Shown here one piece after another: positions 24,446 to 34,899 of a stretch of 64,000 nucleotides of DNA. The notes below the pieces were generated by a model. That model did not search any database. It was not told the origin of the DNA and saw only the letters and a program-made list of their open reading frames with translations. Position 1 is the first letter of the stretch, and each line of letters begins with the position of its first letter. The DNA lies in contig OZ116702.1 of NCBI GenBank assembly GCA_964199315.1, positions 16,492,001 through 16,556,000 on the forward strand. Reading direction: 5' to 3'. A program made the position numbers and the translations under genes. The DNA is from Orbicella franksi (Eukaryota).

Positions 24446-26617
24446 TTGGGGACTAAAGAAGTAGCGGCAACATTTTCTGGTCCTTCGAGCCGGATTAGAA
24501 CGAGCGAATCGAAGAATTTGGAATTTGGTGTGGCGAAGATTTTGGAATTTGGTATGGAATCGACCGAAGCGACTGATGGCGGTCGCCATCTTGGCCATTT
24601 GGATTCAGCTCGTACTGTGAGTACTAACATTGTTACTTTAAAAAACAAACGGGCAGCCGTCAAAAGAAGGATCACGAACACGTTGAAGAAATTAGAGTCC
24701 ACCATCGAACAGTATGGTCGAAAAGCGATTATACGTGGATATGTCAACAACTTGCAGGAATATCTTAACGAAGCGAAAGGCCTCAATGATGAACTCGTCT
24801 CAGTGATCCCAGAGAACGAGCACGAAGCCGCAATAGATTGGTATGAAGAACAACTCGATAGAGTCGAAGACGCTAAACTTCAGGCCAACGCACATCTTGA
24901 CGAGCGGGCAGAGGAAAGTTCTAGCGGATTAAGCTCGGTGAAATCATGGAAAACTTCTTCGACAAGAAATGTCTCCCAAGCGGCCGAAATTCGCGCCAAA
25001 ATTACTTCAGCAGAAATTAAAGCAAAACAACTTGCCTTGGAGGAACAGCGAAGAAGAGAGGAGTTCGAAAAACAACTGGAGGTTAAAAGGAAACTTGAAC
25101 TTGTCCAAGATGAAGCTCAAAGGCTAAAATTCATGGCTGAAGAAAGAAGAAAGACTCAGGAAGCCAAGGACGAGGCTGCACGCCTCGCAGCAGAAGCAGC
25201 AGTGTTACAAAAGGTACAAAATGAAGTTAATGATCCGGAAGCTTTGTCTAATCGATTGCTTGATTTTGAGGATGATTCATTGAAATTTGTTCCATCATCT
25301 AATCTTGATGAACCGTTAACAATAATTCCTCCACTACTCCCTGGTTTGTTGCAAGGAACTGGAGCAAATCATGGAACTGCATTGCCACCTGACAACCCTA
25401 CAAAAGTTGTTACACCTTCACCTTTGTTACAACAGCCAAAGTCAGCTGTTTCATTTATTGCACCTCAGGGCACGAAAAAACCTAATGAAACATTGCCTTT
25501 GTATCACTCGTGGATTGGAGATTTACAAAGTGGAGTACAGCATCCAGCTTTAACTAGTACGGACAACCGAAAAACAACCATTTGTGGTCATTCTATTCGT
25601 GACTCTCTTCCAAAGTTACGCCTAAGTAAGTTTGATGGTGACCCTTTACACTGGTCTGATTGGTCCTCAATGTTTAAATCAATTGTTCATGATGCTAATC
25701 TGTCCCTTAATGGCAAAATGCAACATCTTCAGAACTCTGTTATTGGTAAAGCTAAGTCTGCAATTGAAGGATATGGATACAGTGGAGATTCCTACTATGA
25801 AGCACTGAAAGAACTGGAATCCAGATTTGGCAAACCTTCCCTTGTTGTGAAAGTCACACTTGACAAACTGAAAAAAACAGCTCGATTACAAAATGACAAA
25901 CCTCAAGAAGTGAGAAATCTGTCAGATGTTGTGTCAACTACTGTGTGGACATTTAAGAAGTTTGGATATGAAAGTGATCTGAAAGCAGAAGCAAATGTTT
26001 CCCTTGCCGTTGACAAACTGTCCCAGGAGCTCAAAATCAAATGGAAGGACAACACCAAAGCTACCAAACTGGAACGACCTAGTCTTCATGACTTCAGTGT
26101 GTGGTTAAAAGGTCAGGCGGATATTTATGATGATTGTTGTTACCCAAAAATGTCAAGTAAGTTTCCATTCCAACCTCATAAGAAACCTCGGTCTGGTGGA
26201 TCAAATGGAATGACTGAAAAACAGAACACTTTCTCAAGTAACATTTCACCTCGCCCCAGGCCAACAAAGTCCTCTTGCATTATGGGTGATGGGAAGGAAC
26301 ACAAGTTATCTTCTTGTCCCAAGTTTAAGGCTCTAAGTGTGGAAGAACGCCTAAATGAAGTACAGAAACATAAGTTGTGCTTTTGTTGCCTCAGTCCTCC
26401 ACATTGGCTTAGCAATTGTTCAAATCAAAAACAGTGTGGTGTAAATGGGTGTACGCGATCACACAATGCTCTGTTGCACAACTTGAGAAATGTTTCGGTG
26501 GAAAGCAGTGATGCAGTGTCTGCTATTAACCCAGTAGCACAAGCCGAAGTTGGTTCGTCTACTGAACATTCTAACACATCTCCAGAAGCAGTCACACCTC
26601 TGTTTTGTTACAAGTAG
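24446..26617 (+). CDS. gag: BEL/Pao gag (coiled coil, DUF1759-type capsid region, three zinc-knuckle-like motifs)
   Basis: LPKLRLSKFDGDPLHW...MQHLQNSVIGKAKSAI; CFCCLSPPHWLSNC, CGVNGCTRSHNALLH; the true start is probably a downstream ATG (MESTEAT). Confidence 0.9.
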   Translation: MGTKEVAATFSGPSSRIRTSESKNLEFGVAKILEFGMESTEATDGGRHLGHLDSARTVSTNIVTLKNKRAAVKRRITNTLKKLESTIEQYGRKAIIRGYVNNLQEYLNEAKGLNDELVSVIPENEHEAAIDWYEEQLDRVEDAKLQANAHLDERAEESSSGLSSVKSWKTSSTRNVSQAAEIRAKITSAEIKAKQLALEEQRRREEFEKQLEVKRKLELVQDEAQRLKFMAEERRKTQEAKDEAARLAAEAAVLQKVQNEVNDPEALSNRLLDFEDDSLKFVPSSNLDEPLTIIPPLLPGLLQGTGANHGTALPPDNPTKVVTPSPLLQQPKSAVSFIAPQGTKKPNETLPLYHSWIGDLQSGVQHPALTSTDNRKTTICGHSIRDSLPKLRLSKFDGDPLHWSDWSSMFKSIVHDANLSLNGKMQHLQNSVIGKAKSAIEGYGYSGDSYYEALKELESRFGKPSLVVKVTLDKLKKTARLQNDKPQEVRNLSDVVSTTVWTFKKFGYESDLKAEANVSLAVDKLSQELKIKWKDNTKATKLERPSLHDFSVWLKGQADIYDDCCYPKMSSKFPFQPHKKPRSGGSNGMTEKQNTFSSNISPRPRPTKSSCIMGDGKEHKLSSCPKFKALSVEERLNEVQKHKLCFCCLSPPHWLSNCSNQKQCGVNGCTRSHNALLHNLRNVSVESSDAVSAINPVAQAEVGSSTEHSNTSPEAVTPLFCYK
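24478..24495 (+). promoter_or_regulatory. Primer-binding site complementary to the 3' end of tRNA-Tyr
   Basis: TGGTCCTTCGAGCCGGAT is the reverse complement of ATCCGGCTCGAAGGA-CCA, the canonical eukaryotic tRNA-Tyr(GUA) 3' end; it lies 5 nt after the 5' LTR. Confidence 0.9.
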
Positions 26618-29600
26618 TACCAGTAACCCTCTATGGTCCAAAGGGATATTTCAACACATATGCTATGCTGGACACAGGAAGCACTTGCAGCTTGCTGTTA
26701 GTAGATGTTGCTGGAAGACTTGGTTTGGATGGTCCTTTGGAAAGTGTGGTCTTAAATGGAATTCAGAAAACATCTGAGCTTATGACAAAGCGTGTTAATG
26801 TACAAGTCAGCCGATTGAATGACTTTGGTACCCAATTTGATGTGAATGGAGTTCTTGTAGTTGATCACCTGAATGTGCCAGAGAAGAAAGTGAAACTTGA
26901 TGAGCTACAAGAAAGATGGCCACACCTATCAGACTTGGAGCTCACTGAAGTCGCTGGGACTCAAGTCACTTTGCTCCTTGGTAGTGATGTCCCGGAACTT
27001 ATTGTTCCCCTGGAAACTCGACATGGTCCAAAGGGTTCCCCTGTTGGTGTTCGCACTAGGATTGGATGGACTGTTACTGGTCGCTTACCTGGCCATATTC
27101 AAGAATGTGAATCTGTTTGTAAAGTTCATGTGGCGACTCCGGATGAGGAACTCAATGACACCGTAAAAACTTGGTGGCGAACAGAGAACTTTGGTTGTCG
27201 TTATGACAATGATACGCAGCGCTCAGTTGAAGATGAAAGAGTCATGAAATTCTTGAATGAAAGTACACGTAAGGTGGATGGTCGTTATGAGGTTCCTTTG
27301 ATTTGGCGTGATGACAAAGTCAAACTTCCTGACAATTTTGCTGCAGCTGCTCAACGTCTGAATTTTCTGGAGAAGAAGCTTAATCGTAATCCCGAGTTGG
27401 CAGAAAGATACAGGAAAACTATTGACATGGATATGGAAAAGGGATACATCAAAAAGCTTACTAAGGAGGAAGCAACTGCACCAGCCATGCGCAAATGGTA
27501 CCTTCCTCACCACCCTGTTCTGAACCCCAAGAAACCTGAGAAGGTTCGTCGAGTATGTGATCCCACTGCAAAGTTTCAAGGCTCATCATTAAACAGCCAA
27601 CTTCTTAGTGGCCCAGATTTGCTGAACAACCTTGTTGGAATTTTCATGAGGTTTCGAGAAGAAAAGGTTGCGCTTTCAGGAGACATTGAAGCGATGTTTA
27701 ACCAAGTTGCTGTCCCAGAAGAAGATCAAGCTTCCCTTCGATTTCTGTGGCGTCAATCTCCTGAATCATTGACAGAAGTCTACCAGTATGTGCGTCACAT
27801 ATTTGGAGCCAAATGTGCGTCAACCTGTGCTAACTATGCTCTGTTGAGAAGTGCAGAAGATAATGAGAAGCAGTTTCCGAATGCTGCCTTTGCCGTAAAG
27901 CGAAACTTTTACATGGATGACCTTTTCAAGTCTGTTAAATCAAGTGATCAAGCTCTGGAACTGCAACAAGAACTTGTTGAAATGCTAAACAAAGCAGCTT
28001 TTCACTTGACCAAGTGGATCTCTAATGAGACAGAAGTGATCGAGCGAATACCAGAATCGGAAAGAGCGCCCTCTATCAAGGTTGTGGAGGAAAGCATCGT
28101 AATGCCTATGGAACGTGCTCTTGGTGTCGTTTGGGATACCAGCTCAGATTGTTTTGTCTATGAAGTGGTGAAGAGAGACATTGCGGACACGCGTCGGAAG
28201 ATTCTGAGCTTGATAGCATCCCTCTTTGATCCGATTGGATTTCTAGCTCCATTTCTGGTCAGAGCAAAAATCTTCCTCCAGCATGTGTGGCAGTTAGGTA
28301 TTGGATGGGATGATGCACTGCCACCAGAGTTTCTAAAGGAGTGGTCCAAATGGCAGGAAGAGCTGGATGGAATTGCACAGTTTCACATTCCCCGTTTCTA
28401 TCGTCACATACCAGACAACCGGTCTGTTATTGACCTTCACATCTTTGGAGATGCCAGTGAACAAGCATTTTGCGCAGTGGCTTATTTCAGATTCTGCTAT
28501 GTCAGTGGAGCAGTGCGATGTGCATTTGTTACAGCGAAGACTCGGGTAGCCCCGAAGAAACCCTTGAGCATCCCAAGGCTTGAACTGCAGGCTGCTGTTT
28601 TGGGTGCAAGATTGGCTGCTGTAGTGATTAAGGAACATGATTACATCATTGATTCCACCTATTATTGGACAGACAGCAGTACTGTGTTTCAGTGGATTCG
28701 TGGAGTGTCTAAGCGCCACTCCGCCTTTATTGCTAATAGAATTGGAGAGATCCTGGACAGCACCGAACCCAACCAATGGAACCACTGTCCTGGACAGATA
28801 AATCCTGCAGATGATGGCAGCAGGGGACTTCCAGTGAGCTCTATTACTTCTGGGAGTCGTTGGGTAAATGGCTCTGCCTTCTTACACTTACCTGAAGAGA
28901 GATGGCCAAAGGGAAATGCAAAGCTTGAAATTCCCAAGCCGTCCGATGATGACCCACAAGCCCAAGAAATGGCCATTACTTGGACTGGTGTGGTGAAAGG
29001 TTCAAAGAACGATTTCTTATCTCCAGCGAAATACTCATCTCTAACAAAGCTTCTCAGAGTAACTGCTTACCTGAAACGGTTTATATATAACTGTAAGCAC
29101 CCCAAATCTGAACGTCACATTGGTTCTTTGTTGGTTGAAGAGATGGAGCAAGCTCGAAAGTTTTGGATCTGCGTTGCCCAAGCAGAATCCTTTCCTCAAG
29201 AAGTTGCAGTTCTCAAGTCGAAACAGCATGTTTCAAGCAAGAGCAAATTGGTATCTCTCTCACCATTCCTTGATGGGCATGAAATCATTCGTGCAGGTGG
29301 TCAAATTGAGAGAGCCGATATTCCATTTTACAGTCGTCACCCTGTGGTACTAGCACCAGATCATGAGTTGACCCGTCTCATCATCATGAACTGTCACGAG
29401 AAATTGAAACATGAAGGAGTGGACCAAGTACGAAATGAGTTGAGACAACAGTATTGGATCTTACGCTGTCGTGCTACAGTGCGAAAGATCCTTCATCAGT
29501 GTTCTTACTGCAGAAGGCGAAAAGCGAAACCAGAAGCACCCTTGATGGCAAGTCTACCATATGATCGCTTAAGTGTTGCACCACCATTCTCGAAAGTTGG

Positions 29601-30486
29601 CGTGGATTTCTTTGGTCCTCTTAAAGTGAAGCATCTTAGAAAAGAGGAGAAGAGATATGGTTGTCTCTTTACTTGCTTGGTGACTAGAGCAGTTCATTTG
29701 GAGGTTGCATTTGACTTGTCAACCGATTCCTTCATCATGTGCCTTAGGCGGTTTATGGCTCGAAGAGGTAAACCAACTGTGATTTACTCCGACAATGGAA
29801 CAAACTTTGTAGGAGCAGACCGTGAGTTACGTGAATGCATCGATGGCTGGAATCAGCATAAGATCGGCAGTGAGTTGAGCCAAGAGGGAATTCAGTGGGT
29901 ATTTAACCCGCCTGCCGCACCTCATATGGGAGGTGTATGGGAGCGCCTCGTACGATCATGCAAGAAAGCCCTTAATGTTGTTCTACAGAAACAAGTTCTT
30001 ACTGATGAGGTGTTGCTTACCGCCTTTGCTGAAGTGGAATGGGTTGTGAACAGTCGTCCGCTTACTGAAGTCAGCTCGGATGTGGATGACCTTGAAGCTC
30101 TGACACCGAATCATTTCCTCATTGGAAGAGGATCTCTCAACTTACCGCCCGGTATCGTTGACGACAAGGAGTTGTCAAGTCGCAAACGTTGGCGACAAGC
30201 ACAAGTGGTGGCAAATCATATTTGGAGTCGTTGGTTAAGAGAGTACCTACCTGGGTTGATTACTCAAAAGAAATGGACTCAACCTACTGTAAATGTCAAG
30301 GTCGGAGATTTGGTGTTAGTGGTTGATCGGGCAGTTTCAAGAGGTTTCTGGCCCCTTGGCAGGATCGTAAAAGTCTTTCCTGGACTTGACAGTATTGTAA
30401 GATCAGCAGACGTGAAAACGAAGTTTGGAGTAATGAGACGCCCTGTGACAAAACTTGCCGTCCTTGAAGAGTGTTCGACCAACTAA
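26605..30486 (+). CDS. pol: BEL/Pao pol (aspartic protease, RT, RNase H, integrase)
   Basis: MLDTGS protease; DIEAMFNQV and FYMDDL RT; DASEQAF RNase H; HHCC zinc finger plus VDFFGP / SDNGTNF / WERLV DDE integrase. Confidence 0.96.
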   Translation: MLQVVPVTLYGPKGYFNTYAMLDTGSTCSLLLVDVAGRLGLDGPLESVVLNGIQKTSELMTKRVNVQVSRLNDFGTQFDVNGVLVVDHLNVPEKKVKLDELQERWPHLSDLELTEVAGTQVTLLLGSDVPELIVPLETRHGPKGSPVGVRTRIGWTVTGRLPGHIQECESVCKVHVATPDEELNDTVKTWWRTENFGCRYDNDTQRSVEDERVMKFLNESTRKVDGRYEVPLIWRDDKVKLPDNFAAAAQRLNFLEKKLNRNPELAERYRKTIDMDMEKGYIKKLTKEEATAPAMRKWYLPHHPVLNPKKPEKVRRVCDPTAKFQGSSLNSQLLSGPDLLNNLVGIFMRFREEKVALSGDIEAMFNQVAVPEEDQASLRFLWRQSPESLTEVYQYVRHIFGAKCASTCANYALLRSAEDNEKQFPNAAFAVKRNFYMDDLFKSVKSSDQALELQQELVEMLNKAAFHLTKWISNETEVIERIPESERAPSIKVVEESIVMPMERALGVVWDTSSDCFVYEVVKRDIADTRRKILSLIASLFDPIGFLAPFLVRAKIFLQHVWQLGIGWDDALPPEFLKEWSKWQEELDGIAQFHIPRFYRHIPDNRSVIDLHIFGDASEQAFCAVAYFRFCYVSGAVRCAFVTAKTRVAPKKPLSIPRLELQAAVLGARLAAVVIKEHDYIIDSTYYWTDSSTVFQWIRGVSKRHSAFIANRIGEILDSTEPNQWNHCPGQINPADDGSRGLPVSSITSGSRWVNGSAFLHLPEERWPKGNAKLEIPKPSDDDPQAQEMAITWTGVVKGSKNDFLSPAKYSSLTKLLRVTAYLKRFIYNCKHPKSERHIGSLLVEEMEQARKFWICVAQAESFPQEVAVLKSKQHVSSKSKLVSLSPFLDGHEIIRAGGQIERADIPFYSRHPVVLAPDHELTRLIIMNCHEKLKHEGVDQVRNELRQQYWILRCRATVRKILHQCSYCRRRKAKPEAPLMASLPYDRLSVAPPFSKVGVDFFGPLKVKHLRKEEKRYGCLFTCLVTRAVHLEVAFDLSTDSFIMCLRRFMARRGKPTVIYSDNGTNFVGADRELRECIDGWNQHKIGSELSQEGIQWVFNPPAAPHMGGVWERLVRSCKKALNVVLQKQVLTDEVLLTAFAEVEWVVNSRPLTEVSSDVDDLEALTPNHFLIGRGSLNLPPGIVDDKELSSRKRWRQAQVVANHIWSRWLREYLPGLITQKKWTQPTVNVKVGDLVLVVDRAVSRGFWPLGRIVKVFPGLDSIVRSADVKTKFGVMRRPVTKLAVLEECSTN

Positions 30487-30731
30487 ATCGGGCGAACACG
30501 GGGGGAGGATGTTACCGCCGAAGAACAGTATTTTATTTTTGTTTTATTTTGATCGTGACGTTTCGTGTCAATCACATGAAGTAGCTTGCAAAACTTTGTA
30601 ACCACCCGGACGGACTCACGTGGAACTGATTTTGTAAAACTTGGACGTGTCTTTGGTTATTAAAAAAGTGTTAAAATCAAATTTGTTGTCGTTATGCGAG
30701 TTCATTGGGGACTAAAGAAGTAGCGGCAACA

Positions 30732-31144
30732 ATGACCCCACATCAGCCATTGCCAACCATATAAAAGCCACAGGTCACAACATCAAGTGGGATCATTTTG
30801 ATATTTTAGCTTCTGGTAAAACAGATTATCATTGTAAAATTAAAGAAACTTTGCTCATCCAAGAACTTAAGCCGACTCTTAATGTAAACGTCAACAGTGA
30901 GAAACTGATACTTTATTAATAAGCTTAGGCTTTTATTGTTTTACTGTTAAAAAACAGATGTTTCTTAATCTCGTTTCCAGACTCTCTATTTACATTTCAT
31001 ATATAGTTTTCAAAAATTGTAACGGTCTTTATTCCACTTTTGAAAATGTATGTTGCGTAGCATACGAAACATCAAGTTATTAAAATGCGTAAGTTTAATA
31101 TGTTTATCACCGCTATTTGTGTTTTATTCCTCCTTAAACTACGA
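30732..31144 (+). mobile_element. Penelope-like element, right arm, part after the BEL insertion (GIY-YIG end + 3' UTR)
   Basis: Resumes at (D)PTSAIANHIKATGH exactly where 24250 left off; mirrors 22182-22590. Confidence 0.95.
31036..31077 (+). ncRNA. Second hammerhead copy (right arm), probably impaired
   Basis: Same motif, but GAAACGTC has become GAAACATC, which destroys the ACGT palindrome and the C-G pair of stem III. Confidence 0.55.
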
Positions 31145-31164
31145 ACATCAAGAAAAACGTCTGC

Positions 31165-31440
31165 TAATATAATCGTATGGATGCGAGTGCAATTAAGGAG
31201 TCACACTACAAGTGATATTTGAAAATTCTCTCAAAACTGCACGAGCCTTTAGGTGAGTGCAATTTGAAATATCATGAGTAGTGTAAATCCTCAATTGCTA
31301 GAGCTTTCATACGATTACTCATTTATTATGTGACTGAGAAAATTACGAATACGGGCGCGTTAATTTGCACTGCAGTGCAAATTAAAAATGAACGATAAAT
31401 TGGCCTGCACTCAACCAATCACAATGAAGTAATTTTGTCA
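31165..31440. repeat. Interspersed repeat with an inverted copy at ~38240-38550
   Basis: ATCGTATGGATGCGAGTGCAATTAAGGA...ATTCTCTCAAAA versus TTTTGAGAGAATT...TCCTTAATTGCACTCGCATTCATACGAT. Confidence 0.6.
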
Positions 31441-31639
31441 GTCACAGAAGAAAGCGACACACAACCACGCCAGCTAAACATAAAACGCACACAATACCAA
31501 CAATTCTTAAGCTTTTAATTAGATGAGGAAGCAAGTATGATTCCATCACGCTTCGCTGTTCTACATCACCATTTAATCAGAGTGCAAAAAGGACCTGAGT
31601 TAAATTTTTGTGATAAATTCTAAATAGACGATTTCTCAC

Positions 31640-31807
31640 CTTGTTCTATATTATCAAAGTCATCAGTCGAATTTGCAAACCTTATCAAACCTCGTAGTTT
31701 GATCTCCGGATAGTTAACTGTGTCGTTATTAACGTGATCAAGAGCAATTCTAAATGCTTCTTCTTCCATGGTTCTGTTCATTCCAAGTTCTGTAGAAAAC
31801 ACCGCCC
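31640..31807 (-). CDS. iGluR exon 2 (amino-terminal domain)
   Basis: CAG acceptor, (G)AVFSTELG...EEAFRIALDHVNND...DNIEQ; donor G|GTGAG; phase 1 to phase 1. Confidence 0.9.
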
Positions 31808-34539
31808 CTGAAATACCACAGTGACGGGCATATTAATGCATGGAATGACATGATTGACCTTATTACTGATTATTTTAGCAAAAGTAGATTTCCTGCTGTC
31901 TTAAGAGGTGATACTGAATTTAGTCTAACAAATCAGTTTGGGGAGTTATTTTAGAAACCTTACGAAAAACATAAACATGATTGTGGCGGCAAGCCGACAA
32001 ATACAATGGAGAAAATGGTAAAGAAACTCAAAAAGATGAGTGTTCAGTGAGGCTAAAAATATGACTTAAGGTGGCTGATTCTTATTATAGAAACCTATGC
32101 CAAAGCGCGGTAGTATTGATTCCGACAAAGTATAGGTGATGGAAAGAGCTGGAAATTACTGTCAACCCCAATAAAGTGTATATGACAGATATTTTCTTAT
32201 TTGCTTGATGGAATCTACATGACATCATGATATGGAAATCGAAAAAAATTGGATATCATTGTTCCTTTCACCGCGTCTTAGCTATCTGGAAACGTGAAAT
32301 TTCACTTCCGGTTGGCTCACAGGGTGTGATGCCAAAAATACATATCTTTCGTAAATATTTACAATTTTGAGCCAAAATTGGAATTACGCATGATTGCCTA
32401 ATTCCTAGTATATTTCACTTACTTTTTTTTTCGTTTCTATTTGTTTGGTTCTAAAAACTATATCACGTTCTCATATATATACCGTCAAGCAAATAAAAAA
32501 TATGTGTATTATACACTTTAAAGGCACTGCTTCACTCTAATTAATAATTAATTTTTATCATTCTGTGCGATAAAGTTTTTGAACAAAAACTACTTTAGAG
32601 GACAGCTATTAAATTAGGAGGAAAATATCGAAGGCGTAACTTAATAATTGATAGAACAGTGATTCAAAATAGGTTTTATCAGATATCAACATTTATCAGA
32701 TATCAACATTCAAAAGAAAATAAAAATTAAAAACTGATATAGTAGAAAAATATCAGTGTCATCATGTCGTCGTGCCTTAATTAGCCTCTAAAATTCACAA
32801 TTTCCTTTTCAAGGATAGTTATTCTGTTGTCTCTCCAATTTACAACCGCTTGTTAGTATTTCAATTATTCATAAACTTCTGGAGTTAGAAGACGACACAA
32901 ATCAGGAGCAAGTACTGGCTTTTAGCACCTGTTAATATACGAAACGTTTTTGGCAAAGATGTTTGACAGTTGTGCTTGCGTAGCCAATAAGATTGCGATT
33001 TTGGTTCATTGCTATGTTACTATCTTCATTCGTGTTAAATCATTGTGTCTTATTAATGTCACTAAACTGTCTTGACCATCCATCAGCTAAACAACTTAGG
33101 TTGATTCATTGACAGATAGAAAGTAGCTGCAGGCGTTAGTGGTTGGTTCAACCGCAAGACCATTTATTAAACACTCACGCCTGCTGTGTACATCCTCCAT
33201 AAATCAAGTCATATGGAGAAAAATACTTAAATTGTTGTCCAGTTCCACTCTGCAGAGTACAAACAATGCACAAAACAAGTGCAAATATCTCACGCTATTG
33301 GTACCCTGAAAGGACGGTTCAACTGTTTTTTCTATAGATCTCTTAATCAATGCCCCTTTTCACCACGCGAGAGCGACAAAACACAAAATTTCGAGAAAGA
33401 ACAAAGCTGGAAAAAAAGTCGCTCATTGAATGTTTAAGTATATAGCTTCACTGCACATTTTTACTTGATTGTGTTTTGACTCTGAGGCTCGTAGATATAC
33501 ACAGCAATACCACATTCTGGAATTTCTAATATTTCTCTCAACTGTTAAAAGGCACGTCCTGCTTCTAGCTGCCGGAACACGTTCGTTCGATACTGTCCTC
33601 CTTCTTTCTAGATACAGCACAGAATGTTAATTCGAGTTTTAAAGTCGCAATTCAGTTTTCGTATGTTTCTTGAATATAGAAAGGGCCATTATGAAAAGTG
33701 GGCAGTAACGAAGAATTTTTTTACAAAAGAAATTTGAAAGGTGTTTTTTTTCTGTTATCACAAATTAAAATTTTTGTTATCATTAGTCATCCATAGATTA
33801 CAGAAACCCTACAGAGCTTTCACTTATTGCTTATTCTTTGTTTGAATTTCAACCGCTGTCATATATGTCACGTTATATATGTCAGTTCACTCAAATATCT
33901 AAATTGCTTTAAATGAAAGCTCCATGATTAAATAACGCCGTTCTTATTTATTTAAGACTTCAAATATTAGAGACCGAATTTAAAAGCCTTGGCCGTATGT
34001 TCTCCTGTGCATTATTAATGACTTCAAAACCACCGTATGCTGTGTTCATAAACAACTGCATATTTAAGGAAGCTTTCTGTCAACCCAGTCAACCTGGTAA
34101 TCCCAAACATTTCACAATATCGAAGCTTTTATCTCCATACACATTTCATTATAACTCTAGATCAGTTAAACATCGCCCTTTAGAACTCTCTGTTGATGTT
34201 AGTTAGTTATAAGCATATGCTAACGGTAAAAAGAAATGTTATATAACGCTGACTTGAAATTTCGTCACACCGTCTAGCGATTAGCGCACATCCAAAATGT
34301 TTTGTCAACTCCCAAAGGAGATTAAGAAATAGCGTCCTTATGAGATCGAAAAACTGTCAAGCGGACATTTTACGCATACGAACAAAGAGAAAACAGATCA
34401 AGAATCAGATATAGTCTACCACATAATATTAAGAATTAGCATTGAAGTGACACAGGAAAAATTGCGTAGCTATCATTACAAAGAGGATTAATTTTTAGAC
34501 CTTCACACGGTGTAAACTTTGTCACGATATGCAACTCAC

Positions 34540-34639
34540 CTATGGATATTTCAGTCAGTCCTTGAGTTGGAGTCACCATATTCAGGGAGAGCAGGCACAG
34601 AACAGCAAAAAATCCAAGACTTCTCAAAGATGGAGACAT
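34540..34639 (-). CDS. iGluR exon 1 (signal peptide)
   Basis: ATG at 34639, MSPSLRSLGFFAVLCLLSLNMVTPTQGLTEISI-G; hydrophobic signal peptide; donor G|GTGAGT at 34539, phase 1. Confidence 0.85.
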
Positions 34640-34879
34640 GACGGTTCTTCACAAAGGTTCCACTAATAACACTTCAAATGAATGCAAAGTGTCAGGCATT
34701 TAGCGATTATCATTTTGCTTCATGGCTAAGACTAAAAAAAGAAAACGTTTAAGCAATTTTCCCATATTATCATCAGAAACTTTACCACATTGAATACTGT
34801 TGTTAATAATCAAATTTTGAGACTTTCATAAACGTTAATCACTATCCGCTGGGATTTGTTTACGTTTAGCCTGAGGAAA

Positions 34880-34899
34880 CCCCCCCCCCCCCCCCCCCC
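34880..34899 (+). repeat. C20 homopolymer (G20 on the iGluR sense strand) ~240 bp upstream of the ATG
   Basis: Direct reading. Confidence 0.95.

Larger units (their letters stand above)
24251..30731 (+). mobile_element. BEL/Pao LTR retrotransposon, full length, very recent
   Basis: LTRs 24251-24472 and 30510-30731 (222 bp, TG...CA, identical by eye); TSD ATGAC at 24246-50 and 30732-36; PBS; PPT GGGGGGAGGA at 30500-09; gag-PR-RT-RH-INT order. Confidence 0.97.
2778..34639 (-). other. Full locus: non-NMDA-type ionotropic glutamate receptor subunit gene (ATD-S1-M1-M2-M3-S2-M4-CTD); subfamily not assignable by eye
   Basis: 15 phase-compatible exons without internal stops; hallmark iGluR motifs present in the correct order. 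Confidence 0.93.

Noticed and set aside
26176-30499. Many antisense and alternative-frame ORFs across the BEL element
   Set aside because: Shadow ORFs of the long pol/gag frames with no recognisable motifs
30487-30509. Possible env gene in the BEL element
   Set aside because: Only 23 bp separate the pol stop from the 3' LTR
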